Source: a virus
Lineage: Duplodnaviria > Caudoviricetes
Strand: one strand, 5' to 3'
Virus record (IMG/VR): IMGVR_UViG_3300023284_000540
Location: 1-55,083 of that record
DNA: 55,083 nt
Of the stretch, positions 46,381 through 54,358 are shown piece after piece. Position 1 is the first letter of the stretch; every line of letters begins with the position of its first letter. A program made the translations under genes and the position numbers. The notes under the pieces were generated by a model. The model was not told the origin of the DNA. It made no database searches and worked only from the letters and a program-made list of their open reading frames with translations.

Positions 46381-46626
46381 TTGCACCTAAAGTTTAATGG
46401 AGGGGAAGTGAAAAGACACAATCATCAAATGATATTCGGGCAGCTGGAAACCGGTTGCCCTAGGTGCGATGAACTAAAGGCGGGGGCTCCCATACGACAG
46501 GCTCCTTGGTTCAAGCGAGCACGCCAACGCAAGGCTGCCTTGGCGCATGAACTACAAGCCATCCAGGAGCATGACTTTGTGGCCTGCTCCAAAAAGCACA
46601 TCGCCTGCACACACTTTGACTGGTAG
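46381..46626 (+). CDS. Small Cys/His-rich phage protein
   Basis: HNH..FG....CPRCDEL..G...EHD...C.....CT.FDW; likely GTG start at 46408 after GGAGG. Confidence 0.65.
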   Translation: MHLKFNGGEVKRHNHQMIFGQLETGCPRCDELKAGAPIRQAPWFKRARQRKAALAHELQAIQEHDFVACSKKHIACTHFDW

Positions 46627-46672
46627 ATAACCCCTGCTACACACAGCAGAGAAAGGATAACAACTAAAAATT

Positions 46673-46930
46673 ATGGGACGCAATGAGATTTTAGCAGAAT
46701 ACGAAATTGACAAAAATGGGAGAATTTCAAATCCTGGAAAATTTGAGGGGGAGATGCTTTATGTTCCCTTCTATTGGGACGCGTTTCTGAATGGTGGCGC
46801 CGATAGGGATGATGGAACAACACTTGGATTCAACATAACAAAGGAAGATAAAGACGAATTCCCGGATTTAAAGCATAGACGCACAGTAAACCTCGTTGAA
46901 GATAGTCAAGGATTTGTGCGTGAAGTCTAA
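46673..46930 (+). CDS. Conserved small phage protein (PGKFEGE motif)
   Basis: SNPGKFEGE..YVP.Y...EDSQGFV. Confidence 0.75.
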   Translation: MGRNEILAEYEIDKNGRISNPGKFEGEMLYVPFYWDAFLNGGADRDDGTTLGFNITKEDKDEFPDLKHRRTVNLVEDSQGFVREV

Positions 46931-47028
46931 CACCCTTTATTGAAACCCCGATAGAGGCATTGCGCGGGTGTACAACTGGGAACTGTGCGCCTAGCGGAAT
47001 GTAATCGTTACACAAAAGGGCAATCTAA

Positions 47029-48129
47029 ATGGCTTCGTGGAACATAAGAGAGGTTTTTCGTTTCCGCAACGGCACTTACCAAACCTTTCCGCAAGAGGTA
47101 TGGACTAAGTTGAACCAGCATAATGTGATGCTTTGCTGGGAGCATTATATACACCTTTCCACGCAACGCCCTGACATGGTGGCGTACACTCAATCGGACG
47201 CGCACGGTGAAGAGGACAGGCAAACATTAATGCGATTCGGGCGATATCTAAAGCGATACCATCCTCTGCTCTCTGACAAACAAGTTGAGGAACTAGCAGG
47301 ATTGCTTAGGACGCGCAAAGATGATAGCAAGCAGAACGGTGGCGGGTTGCACTTGGCAACGGACAGGGAAACCATTAAGGAAATATTTGAGACTCCCCTA
47401 CACGCCGGCGAGAGTGCTCCGGTCTCCTGTATGTGTGAATTTGATACCTGGACAAACCCACCCTACATGGTATACGCGGGATCGCCGGATGTAGCTATTG
47501 CGTATCTGCGCGAATCATCCGGCATTATAGCCCGAACGGTAGTGTCAACAAAGTATAAATGGTGGGTGAGGATGTATACAACGGGCGGCGATGATCACGA
47601 GTACCTCTGTAGCAGACTACGTGAGGCACTTCACAAAGCAGGTTACGAGAGGAGAGGGTCATTAAAAGATTGCAGATTATCGGTGCTGGAAGAGGAAGGA
47701 CATTACGCACTTCCCTATATTGACGGGAGTGCTTGGTACGTATATCAGAACGGCGATTATTGGGTTGTAACGGATAATGATGAAGAGGGGGAGTACTCCT
47801 GTCAAGAAACGTCGGGCAGGGGTGATGAGGTAGAACGGACTCACTGCGCCAATTGTGAGGAAATAATCTCGCAAGGGGATGAAGAGTACCCCACAGTCGA
47901 TGGCACCGTTTGTTCAGATTGCATCGAAAACTACATCCGCATAAATGACTATAATAGGGATGGCTATTTTCCCGCAGATGACTGTTCCGAAGGTTGCGAT
48001 GGCGAGTACCATCTAAGCAGAGATTTAGAGAGAGATTGCCACGTAACAGATTGCACCTGCTTCGAAGACCAGCAAGAGCTAGACCTAGAATCCAACACAG
48101 ATGGGGGAACGGAAAGTGAAACGGTATAA
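47029..48129 (+). CDS. Hypothetical protein with C-terminal CxxC repeats
   Basis: FGRYL, SCM, LPYIDG, CANC...CSDC, acidic tail. Confidence 0.75.
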   Translation: MASWNIREVFRFRNGTYQTFPQEVWTKLNQHNVMLCWEHYIHLSTQRPDMVAYTQSDAHGEEDRQTLMRFGRYLKRYHPLLSDKQVEELAGLLRTRKDDSKQNGGGLHLATDRETIKEIFETPLHAGESAPVSCMCEFDTWTNPPYMVYAGSPDVAIAYLRESSGIIARTVVSTKYKWWVRMYTTGGDDHEYLCSRLREALHKAGYERRGSLKDCRLSVLEEEGHYALPYIDGSAWYVYQNGDYWVVTDNDEEGEYSCQETSGRGDEVERTHCANCEEIISQGDEEYPTVDGTVCSDCIENYIRINDYNRDGYFPADDCSEGCDGEYHLSRDLERDCHVTDCTCFEDQQELDLESNTDGGTESETV

Positions 48130-48988
48130 TTCCTTATTATTGAACATCTTAGAGAGAAAGCGCCGCTCTAATAGCAGGACGGAAAAGCGATTCCTACGGG
48201 CGGTCCTTGATCCAGTACCGGGAATGCAAAGGGACGGATTCGGCAACCGTTGGCTCCGAATAGGTGAATCAGAGACCATGATAGCCTGCCACACAGATAC
48301 GGTCCACATAACTGGCGGGTTGCAAAAGTTAGCAGCTTGGCGTGGTGAATTGATGCTACTGGAGAATGATGGGGATTGCCTCGGTGCCGATGACGGAGCA
48401 GGAGTCTATGCGGCGCTTCGCATGATAGCAGAGCAAGTCCCTGCCCTCTATGTGTTCCATCGACAAGAGGAAATTGGCGGTCATGGCTCGGAGTGGATCG
48501 CTTCCAGTGAACCGGAGCTAACAAAAGGAATCAAGCGATGCATTTCCCTCGACAGGCGCGGGACTCAGGATATCATCACGCATCAATTCGCGGGGCGCTG
48601 TGCAAGTGACGAGTTTGCCGACGCCCTTGCTCAATTGTTAGATATGGGTCACAGTGCTAGCGATAGGGGATCGTTCACTGATTCCGCCAATTATACGGAC
48701 CTAATACCCGAATGCACTAACCTGTCCATAGGCTATGAAATGGAGCATAGTCTCATGGAGACTCTGGACGTCGACTACCTGGAGAATCTAATAGCTAGGT
48801 TGTGCGGAGCGGACTTAGAATCCCTGCCTACTGTGCGCGATCCTTCAGAGTGCGCGAGCTGGCCTCGGCATGATACCTCTTTTGTTCCTTTCTATCAAAG
48901 AGAATTTGCATGGAAGAATGGCGCGGAGCTGTATAACAGGGAAATGACTCCAGCAGACAAGGTGCTGCTCGATTATGAGGGAAAGTGA
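48101..48988 (+). CDS. M28/M20-family metallopeptidase
   Basis: HTDTVH, GADDGAG, EEIGG.GS, DRRG, FTD, NLSIGY..EH. Confidence 0.85.
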   Translation: MGERKVKRYNSLLLNILERKRRSNSRTEKRFLRAVLDPVPGMQRDGFGNRWLRIGESETMIACHTDTVHITGGLQKLAAWRGELMLLENDGDCLGADDGAGVYAALRMIAEQVPALYVFHRQEEIGGHGSEWIASSEPELTKGIKRCISLDRRGTQDIITHQFAGRCASDEFADALAQLLDMGHSASDRGSFTDSANYTDLIPECTNLSIGYEMEHSLMETLDVDYLENLIARLCGADLESLPTVRDPSECASWPRHDTSFVPFYQREFAWKNGAELYNREMTPADKVLLDYEGK

Positions 48989-49191
48989 CTAAAACTCGTC
49001 CTGACATACAGTTAGCAGCATTTCAGAACTATGCCGAGTATGTCTACATGAATGAGCGGCGGGAGATGCAGAAGAGTGCGGCTGATGCGACGGAGCAGAC
49101 TAAGGTTAGGCTACTGGAGAAATGCTTGCCCTCGATGCGTCGGCATGTACAGAGTGCCGTACTGAAAGCTAGGAAACGATTTGGGGATTAG
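48985..49191 (+). CDS. Hypothetical protein
   Basis: GTGA coupling. Confidence 0.5.
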   Translation: MTKTRPDIQLAAFQNYAEYVYMNERREMQKSAADATEQTKVRLLEKCLPSMRRHVQSAVLKARKRFGD

Positions 49192-49217
49192 ACTGTAATC
49201 ATTACAAGAGGGGCTAT

Positions 49218-49409
49218 ATGAGCCTAGTAGATGAAAATCCCGAATGGTTCAACAATTGGATTGAACTGCAAGCTATCCTAGGCAGGTTTGGCGTGAGTGC
49301 CCAGGAGCAGGTTGTGGCAGGAGAGATAACCGGGAGCGACTTATGGGAAGAGCACCCGGACTTGTACACTGAGGCAGAGACTACTTTCTTAGAAAGACTC
49401 GTGATGTAA
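49218..49409 (+). CDS. Hypothetical acidic protein flanked by two palindromes
   Basis: GAGG RBS; its stop codon lies inside the palindrome at 49405. Confidence 0.55.
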   Translation: MSLVDENPEWFNNWIELQAILGRFGVSAQEQVVAGEITGSDLWEEHPDLYTEAETTFLERLVM

Positions 49410-49435
49410 TCATTACAAGATAAGGGGAGGGAATA

Positions 49436-49648
49436 ATGTTTTTTTTGAGAGAGATATCGAAAAGGGATGTAAACAAAGCAATTTTCTGGGCCAATGGTCG
49501 GCCTTATCTCACGGCTGATTTCATAGGTCGGATAATACCTCAAGATGTAGGCAAACGGGTTCACCTTGTAGGGGAGAATGTGCTGCAAGTTGAAAACGCA
49601 GAACAATTCGCTGCTCGAATGGGAAATAAAAGCAATAAAAAGACTTGA
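49436..49648 (+). CDS. Conserved small phage protein
   Basis: GRI.PQDVGKRV.....LQVEN.EQ; GGAGG RBS. Confidence 0.65.
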   Translation: MFFLREISKRDVNKAIFWANGRPYLTADFIGRIIPQDVGKRVHLVGENVLQVENAEQFAARMGNKSNKKT

Positions 49649-49681
49649 CAAGGTTTTACAATCATGCTAAAATCTCACGTA
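49645..49681 (+). promoter_or_regulatory. Promoter TTGACA-N17-TAAAAT with extended -10 and CTCACGTA
   Basis: -35 at 49645-49650, -10 at 49668-49673. Confidence 0.75.
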
Positions 49682-49713
49682 GTTACACAGAAGGACCCAC
49701 ACACACCAGCCAG

Positions 49714-49939
49714 TATGATTCCAGTGACTCAGCCAAGCCGCTCTGAGTGTCGCATTTGCGGCTGCAAACGGGTTGCTTACGCTGTAAATAATTTGGGCTA
49801 TTGTGTCAGCCACAAGCGAAAAGCAGTCAGAGCCATGAAAATCCGGCTGAGTGTCAAGTTTCGGGTTACAAAATCAAATCGGTTTAATGACCCTACTGAC
49901 CCGGATAATCCTAACAACAATCCTGATATGAGAGGATAG
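49714..49939 (+). CDS. Small Zn-finger protein
   Basis: CRICG...YCVSH; start approximate (MIPVTQ, downstream of the promoter). Confidence 0.5.
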
Positions 49940-50266
49940 ATGATGGTGGAATTCAAGCAGCATCCTAGGTTTCCCAATATAGTATGCTCATCTGACGGGC
50001 GCGTTTTCATCCATAAGAAAGGATGGAGGAGAGGCGGACCAGACGGCATCACTTACCTAGCTATAGATTGGTGGGTGGGTCCGCGCTCGGACAAAGTTAA
50101 CAGGATTGTTCAGTACATACACAGACTGGTCGCTGAGACTTTTGGAGAAAGTATCATGAGCATGGATGTGGATCACCTGGATTTTAACAAACAAAATAAC
50201 AATTGTCATAATCTGAAAGCTAGCCATGCCTCCGATAACAGAGGCAGAAGTAGTAAAGGCAAATAG
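49940..50266 (+). CDS. HNH endonuclease (NUMOD4/HNH_3-like)
   Basis: SSDGRV, YIHRLVAETF, VDHLDFNKQNN...NL...N. Confidence 0.85.
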   Translation: MMVEFKQHPRFPNIVCSSDGRVFIHKKGWRRGGPDGITYLAIDWWVGPRSDKVNRIVQYIHRLVAETFGESIMSMDVDHLDFNKQNNNCHNLKASHASDNRGRSSKGK

Positions 50267-50306
50267 TTGTTAACTCGTTTACTTTCTATAGTTTAAGGAG
50301 GTCAAG

Positions 50307-50579
50307 ATGAATCAGGGTGTTGCGATAAAGGTGCATCTTTCAGAGGAGGACCTAATTGCTCTCCGAAGTATACAGAGGCGGATCGGGGGCAGCCGATTGG
50401 TCCCAGGGCCGTCAATACATTCTCTGATCCTCAAAGCCATACGGCTATATTATACCGAGTGCCTTGAGGGGGTTGATGGGGTTGGTGCCGAGAAGGCGCT
50501 GGGAGATAGCTGGGAAGAGGGTTGGCGCAATGACATTGACAGAAAGCACCGATACCCAGGAGAGGAGCCTACGCAATGA
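50307..50579 (+). CDS. Putative ribbon-helix-helix DNA-binding protein
   Basis: Beta-alpha-alpha pattern IKVHLSEE...SLILKAIRLY; AGGAGG RBS. Confidence 0.55.
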   Translation: MNQGVAIKVHLSEEDLIALRSIQRRIGGSRLVPGPSIHSLILKAIRLYYTECLEGVDGVGAEKALGDSWEEGWRNDIDRKHRYPGEEPTQ

Positions 50580-50797
50580 ATATACCCATAGATCAGGCCC
50601 TATTATGCGTCAATTGTGAGTGCATAGTTGACATTGACCCTGAGTCCAAGGGTACGCGCTGCATTCATTACGGGAGCAGAGGTGTAGTTCTCTTGGCCAT
50701 TCTCCTGTCAGAGAGCAAGGCATGGCCCCATGATGTAATCATTACACCCTTAAGCGAGACTTTAGCTGTTAAAACTGACAGGGAAAAGGAGAAATAA
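50576..50797 (+). CDS. Small Zn-ribbon-like protein
   Basis: LCVNCE...RC..YGS; ATGA coupling. Confidence 0.55.
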   Translation: MNIPIDQALLCVNCECIVDIDPESKGTRCIHYGSRGVVLLAILLSESKAWPHDVIITPLSETLAVKTDREKEK

Positions 50798-50920
50798 CAA
50801 TGATCTTTATATGGGCCATTGTATTCGGCTCGTTCGTCTCAGGCTTCCTTTGTGGGTATATTTATAGTACCAGCCGCAGGTCCTAGTGTAAATTGAGACC
50901 GATAGTACCCTATTATTTGA

Positions 50921-50949
50921 TTGACAACCAGACAGACCTTTGATAGATT
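50921..50949 (+). promoter_or_regulatory. Promoter TTGACA-N17-TAGATT (extended -10) for the ParB-like gene
   Basis: Consensus spacing; AAGGAG RBS follows. Confidence 0.7.
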
Positions 50950-50990
50950 CGGCCTAGTAGTTAAATCTAACCTAGCAAGGAGAACAAAAC

Positions 50991-52265
50991 ATGGCAAAGA
51001 AGAGAGCAATGGTTTCTCAAAAGGAGGGGACCCTTGCATACCTGGAACCAGAAAGTATCGAGATGAGCGAGAATACCCGATTCGGCCTGAAGCAGAGCAG
51101 GGTTGACTCGATAGCTCAGAGCATCATGGAAATGGGGGGAGTCATGGTCCCTGGAGAGGTGGATGAGTTGGACCATCCGATTGGCGACTACCGCTACCGG
51201 CTCACGGCTGGGGCCTACCGCTTAGTAGCCATATTGCAGGTGAACAGGGAAGGGGCCGGACTGTTATTTCCAGCGATGATAGTTTCCCCCGCTAATGCAG
51301 AGGAGAGGCTGAGGCGGCAACTGACGGAAAACATGGAGCGGGAGAACCAGACCCCGATGGATCAGGCGACGGCCATCCGGCAACTGCTTGACAATGGGGT
51401 GGCTAAGATGGAAATTCGCAACATCTTCTCCCGCCCTGGAGGGCGCAAGGGCGTGAGAACTCAGCCTGCATCCAACTCGTTCATCAATATGACCTTATCG
51501 TTCCTCGACCTTCCCAAAGACACCCAGCGCAAGATTCATGAAGGTGCCGTGGGCGTGGCCGCTGCCTACCAGCTTACGAGGGTTCCACCAGACAAGAGAG
51601 AGGAAGTCCTGGAGAAGGCAGAGAAGGAGCGCGAAGCCGAGGTGAAAAAGGCGGAGAAGGAAGAGGAAAAGTTCCTGGCTAGCGAGAAAAAGGGCCAGGG
51701 CGCCATCGAGAAACAACAGGATATGGAAAGGGACCTTGAGGTGGCCAAGGAAACACTTGCCAAGGCAGAAAAGAATCTTGCCGACAGGACTGAACTGGAG
51801 GTTGCGGCCTATAAGGAGAAGGCTTCTCTAAAACCCAGCTCCGCCCCCAAGAAGACCCTGGAGAAGCTGAACGAGCAGTTTCGAGCCGCTGAGGCCGAAG
51901 CCAAAACGGCACGCCGGGCAGTGGAGGTTGCCCGCAATGCCGTAGTCAAGCGAGAGGACAAAACCGCCAAGGCTACTGAGGTTGCAGAGGCCAAGCCTGA
52001 GAAGGACAAGAAGGCCAAGGTCGTCAAACTAGGACCTGAGCACATCAAGAAAGCGGCCAAGCAGACTGGGGCATCAACTGGGCTCGTTGCTCCGAGTTCC
52101 AAGAACATAAGGGATACGTTCAGGACTCTGGCCCTACCGCCTGACTGCAAGACGAGGCGGATAGGCAAGGCACTTGTTCGGTTCGGAGCCGGTACGACAA
52201 CCGAGAACCAGCTCATTGAGGAAATCCAGGCAGTCGTGGGTGAGGTTCCCAAGAGCAAGAAATAG
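50991..52265 (+). CDS. parB: ParB/Spo0J/KorB-family protein with a long Lys/Glu/Ala-rich coiled-coil C-terminus
   Basis: ENTR, IAQSI...G...P, LTAGAYRL.A (arginine-patch position), ENMERENQTPMDQA, HTH region ...LSFLDLP. Confidence 0.85.
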   Translation: MAKKRAMVSQKEGTLAYLEPESIEMSENTRFGLKQSRVDSIAQSIMEMGGVMVPGEVDELDHPIGDYRYRLTAGAYRLVAILQVNREGAGLLFPAMIVSPANAEERLRRQLTENMERENQTPMDQATAIRQLLDNGVAKMEIRNIFSRPGGRKGVRTQPASNSFINMTLSFLDLPKDTQRKIHEGAVGVAAAYQLTRVPPDKREEVLEKAEKEREAEVKKAEKEEEKFLASEKKGQGAIEKQQDMERDLEVAKETLAKAEKNLADRTELEVAAYKEKASLKPSSAPKKTLEKLNEQFRAAEAEAKTARRAVEVARNAVVKREDKTAKATEVAEAKPEKDKKAKVVKLGPEHIKKAAKQTGASTGLVAPSSKNIRDTFRTLALPPDCKTRRIGKALVRFGAGTTTENQLIEEIQAVVGEVPKSKK

Positions 52266-52382
52266 TCTTTGCTGGCTCCTGGAGAGGAGCAACAATGGAG
52301 CAGGATATAATGCTAGTATTAGGTGTCATAGTCTGTTTCATACTTTTTTGTGCATTTATCTTGGATATGCGGAGATGAACCC

Positions 52383-52592
52383 ATGACAAAAGTAGAAATA
52401 TATTTCTTTGATCGCAGGGGAATAGTTCAGCGTTACGTCACAATGTCTAATAGATCGGCACCCTCGTTGATCCGAAGCATCCTAAAGTATGGGTTTGCGG
52501 ACTGTAGTGACTTCAGGGAAAGGACTATAGCCCCAGGTGCGATTCTGGAGCTAGGGGAGATAAAGGATACTAGGAAGGCGGGAGGACCATGA
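52383..52592 (+). CDS. Hypothetical protein
   Basis: GGAG RBS; ATGA-coupled to the lysin gene. Confidence 0.5.
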   Translation: MTKVEIYFFDRRGIVQRYVTMSNRSAPSLIRSILKYGFADCSDFRERTIAPGAILELGEIKDTRKAGGP

Positions 52593-53035
52593 CAGAGCAT
52601 TTCACGAGGAAAGAGTTCGAGAAGGGCGGGGCTATACCACTGAAAGCACTGGACTTACTGGCTGACTTTAGCCAGACCATCCTGGAGCCCATCAGGTCCA
52701 AGTTCGGCAAGCCTGTGCATATCACTAGTGGCCATAGGAGCGTAAAGTACAATAGGAAAGTAGGCGGGGCCTCTAACAGCCAGCATGTCTACACTAGGGA
52801 AATGTGCGCTGCTGATATTACGATCCCAGGTGTTCTGCTACAAGAGGTATTCGATTGGATCAGACTGAAATCAAAGCTGCCATTCGATCAGGTTATCCTT
52901 GAGAGGGGAAAGCAGGCTAGGCATGAGGCTGATGATTGTATTCATATCTCATATGTCAGGGGACCGCGTAGGGTGGCGTTGGAAGGATCGACTCACGGGA
53001 CAGGGGGTTACAAGAAGGTGGAAGTTAAAACCTAG
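52589..53035 (+). CDS. Peptidase M15A-family endolysin (D-Ala-D-Ala carboxypeptidase-like)
   Basis: HFT..EF, ITSGHRS..YN..VGGASNSQH, AAD, IHISY. Confidence 0.88.
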   Translation: MTEHFTRKEFEKGGAIPLKALDLLADFSQTILEPIRSKFGKPVHITSGHRSVKYNRKVGGASNSQHVYTREMCAADITIPGVLLQEVFDWIRLKSKLPFDQVILERGKQARHEADDCIHISYVRGPRRVALEGSTHGTGGYKKVEVKT

Positions 53036-53173
53036 TCCCTAAAGTTTCCTCTAGAGTCTTTATTTCATTCTTCAGCTTGACAATCTCTAGCTCAGACTCA
53101 GTACAACCAGGGCAATGCTGATTATCCCTGATTCTGCCATCAGCCTCAACAAACATCAATCCTTCACAGTCCA

Positions 53174-53407
53174 TTAGTTCCTCCCGGTCCATCCCATACT
53201 ATATTTAGTATGCAAGTATGCTAATTCTAGTATGTCCTCTTTATCCGGCATATCGTACCTACAGGCCAGGTCCGATATTCTCCAATTGGTCTCAATACCA
53301 AAACAGTCCATGATTTGTATCCTGAACCCGCTCACACCTCTGGTCAGGGCTATAAGTAGTACTGACTTGGGTGTATTGGGATGTGAGAATACCTTTGCAA
53401 TGAACAT
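53174..53407 (-). CDS. Hypothetical protein
   Basis: ORF in the minus-strand operon. Confidence 0.5.
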   Translation of the reverse strand: MFIAKVFSHPNTPKSVLLIALTRGVSGFRIQIMDCFGIETNWRISDLACRYDMPDKEDILELAYLHTKYSMGWTGRN

Positions 53408-53425
53408 GATAGAGATATGTAATGA

Positions 53426-53746
53426 TTACACTGCCCACAGGAGGCTGATGACCTCGCCCTTATTGACCCTGACTCTGTGGTTGGACAAGTTGAATACATA
53501 GGTCACAACAGGGCCGTCTGATAAGAGCCCTTGATCTACTATAAAGTTTTTGGTAATAAACACTCCAGGGGATCGTAACAGTATAACTCTATCCTCGTTA
53601 CATTTCAGCTCGCATCCATGCTGTACAGTACCGTAACACATACCTGGGACTTCTATACTTGTGGATGCCATGAGTTCTAACATAGCACCCTTTGGCAAGT
53701 CAATTCTAATCTCGTCTCCTCTATCAGGCCGCAGAATAAGGGCCAT
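53426..53746 (-). CDS. Degenerate trimeric dUTPase-fold protein
   Basis: IVD....GPV...VFNLS...VRVNKGEVISLL aligns by eye to dUTPase motifs 3-4, but motifs 1, 2 and 5 are not evident. Confidence 0.5.
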   Translation of the reverse strand: MALILRPDRGDEIRIDLPKGAMLELMASTSIEVPGMCYGTVQHGCELKCNEDRVILLRSPGVFITKNFIVDQGLLSDGPVVTYVFNLSNHRVRVNKGEVISLLWAV

Positions 53747-53747
53747 G

Positions 53748-54116
53748 CTAACTCCTGGCTTTGCGGGACAGCTTTACAGCTCTTTCCATAGGTAACTTAT
53801 GGGCTCTGAATAGGTGCATATGGAGACCTTTTGTCTGGTAGTGGATCTTGCATTTTGGACAAGGGATCCTTAATCGTGCCTCATCTCGTGCGCTGCCAGC
53901 CACCGCCACTTCCGATAGCTGCTTAGCTCCTGCGGGGGAGCCAGGTGGCAATATGGGCAAGCGATCCACAGTCCTCTTCCCCGTACCGAGAAGTAGTTGT
54001 GCCATCCTCTCGGTAAGTATTGATTGAGATATGCCATTGTCTCTCGCATAGTCTTCGAGTTTCGCGAGGTGGTATCCATAGTTGAACGCGACGTGGTTGT
54101 TTTCTTCATGATTCAT
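53748..54116 (-). CDS. C2H2 Zn-finger protein
   Basis: CPKC......GLHMHLFRAH; AGGAGG RBS. Confidence 0.7.
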   Translation of the reverse strand: MNHEENNHVAFNYGYHLAKLEDYARDNGISQSILTERMAQLLLGTGKRTVDRLPILPPGSPAGAKQLSEVAVAGSARDEARLRIPCPKCKIHYQTKGLHMHLFRAHKLPMERAVKLSRKARS

Positions 54117-54166
54117 TCACTCCTCCTTTGTCAATCTTAGCTAGACTATCCCTGGCAGAGTCCTGC

Positions 54167-54355
54167 TCAATCTGGACCCATCAGTTTGCCCAAAATAACT
54201 CTAGCAGAATCCCGCTCAGTCTGGACGATCCTCTTCAGTCTGTCCATTTTCTCTATAATATTCTCCAGATGGACTATCCCATCTGAAACTATTTCTATAA
54301 ACCTCTCCTGGTGTTCGAGTTCTTTTCTCAGCCTGACGATATCTTGGGCGTCCAC
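54167..54355 (-). CDS. Coiled-coil hypothetical protein
   Basis: GGAG RBS; heptad repeats. Confidence 0.55.
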   Translation of the reverse strand: MDAQDIVRLRKELEHQERFIEIVSDGIVHLENIIEKMDRLKRIVQTERDSARVILGKLMGPD

Positions 54356-54358
54356 GGG

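Larger units (their letters stand above)
913..53430. repeat. Genome-wide dispersed 13-bp palindrome TGTAAT(G/C)ATTACA (27 sites); putative operator or ParB-family binding site
   Basis: Exact copies start at 913, 2568, 6310, 8891, 11323, 13367, 14365, 20920, 22571, 26340, 27797, 29794, 31612, 36294, 37770, 38715, 40034, 42514, 44670, 45483, 46061, 49194, 49405, 50734, 53418. One-mismatch copies at 34158 and 47000. Manual scan. Confidence 0.95.

Noticed and set aside
913-53430. Palindrome family as a CRISPR array, REP element or canonical parS
   Set aside because: Copies are 13 bp, dispersed 0.2-6.5 kb apart, with no spacer periodicity and no cas operon. The sequence differs from parS (TGTTTCACGTGAAACA).
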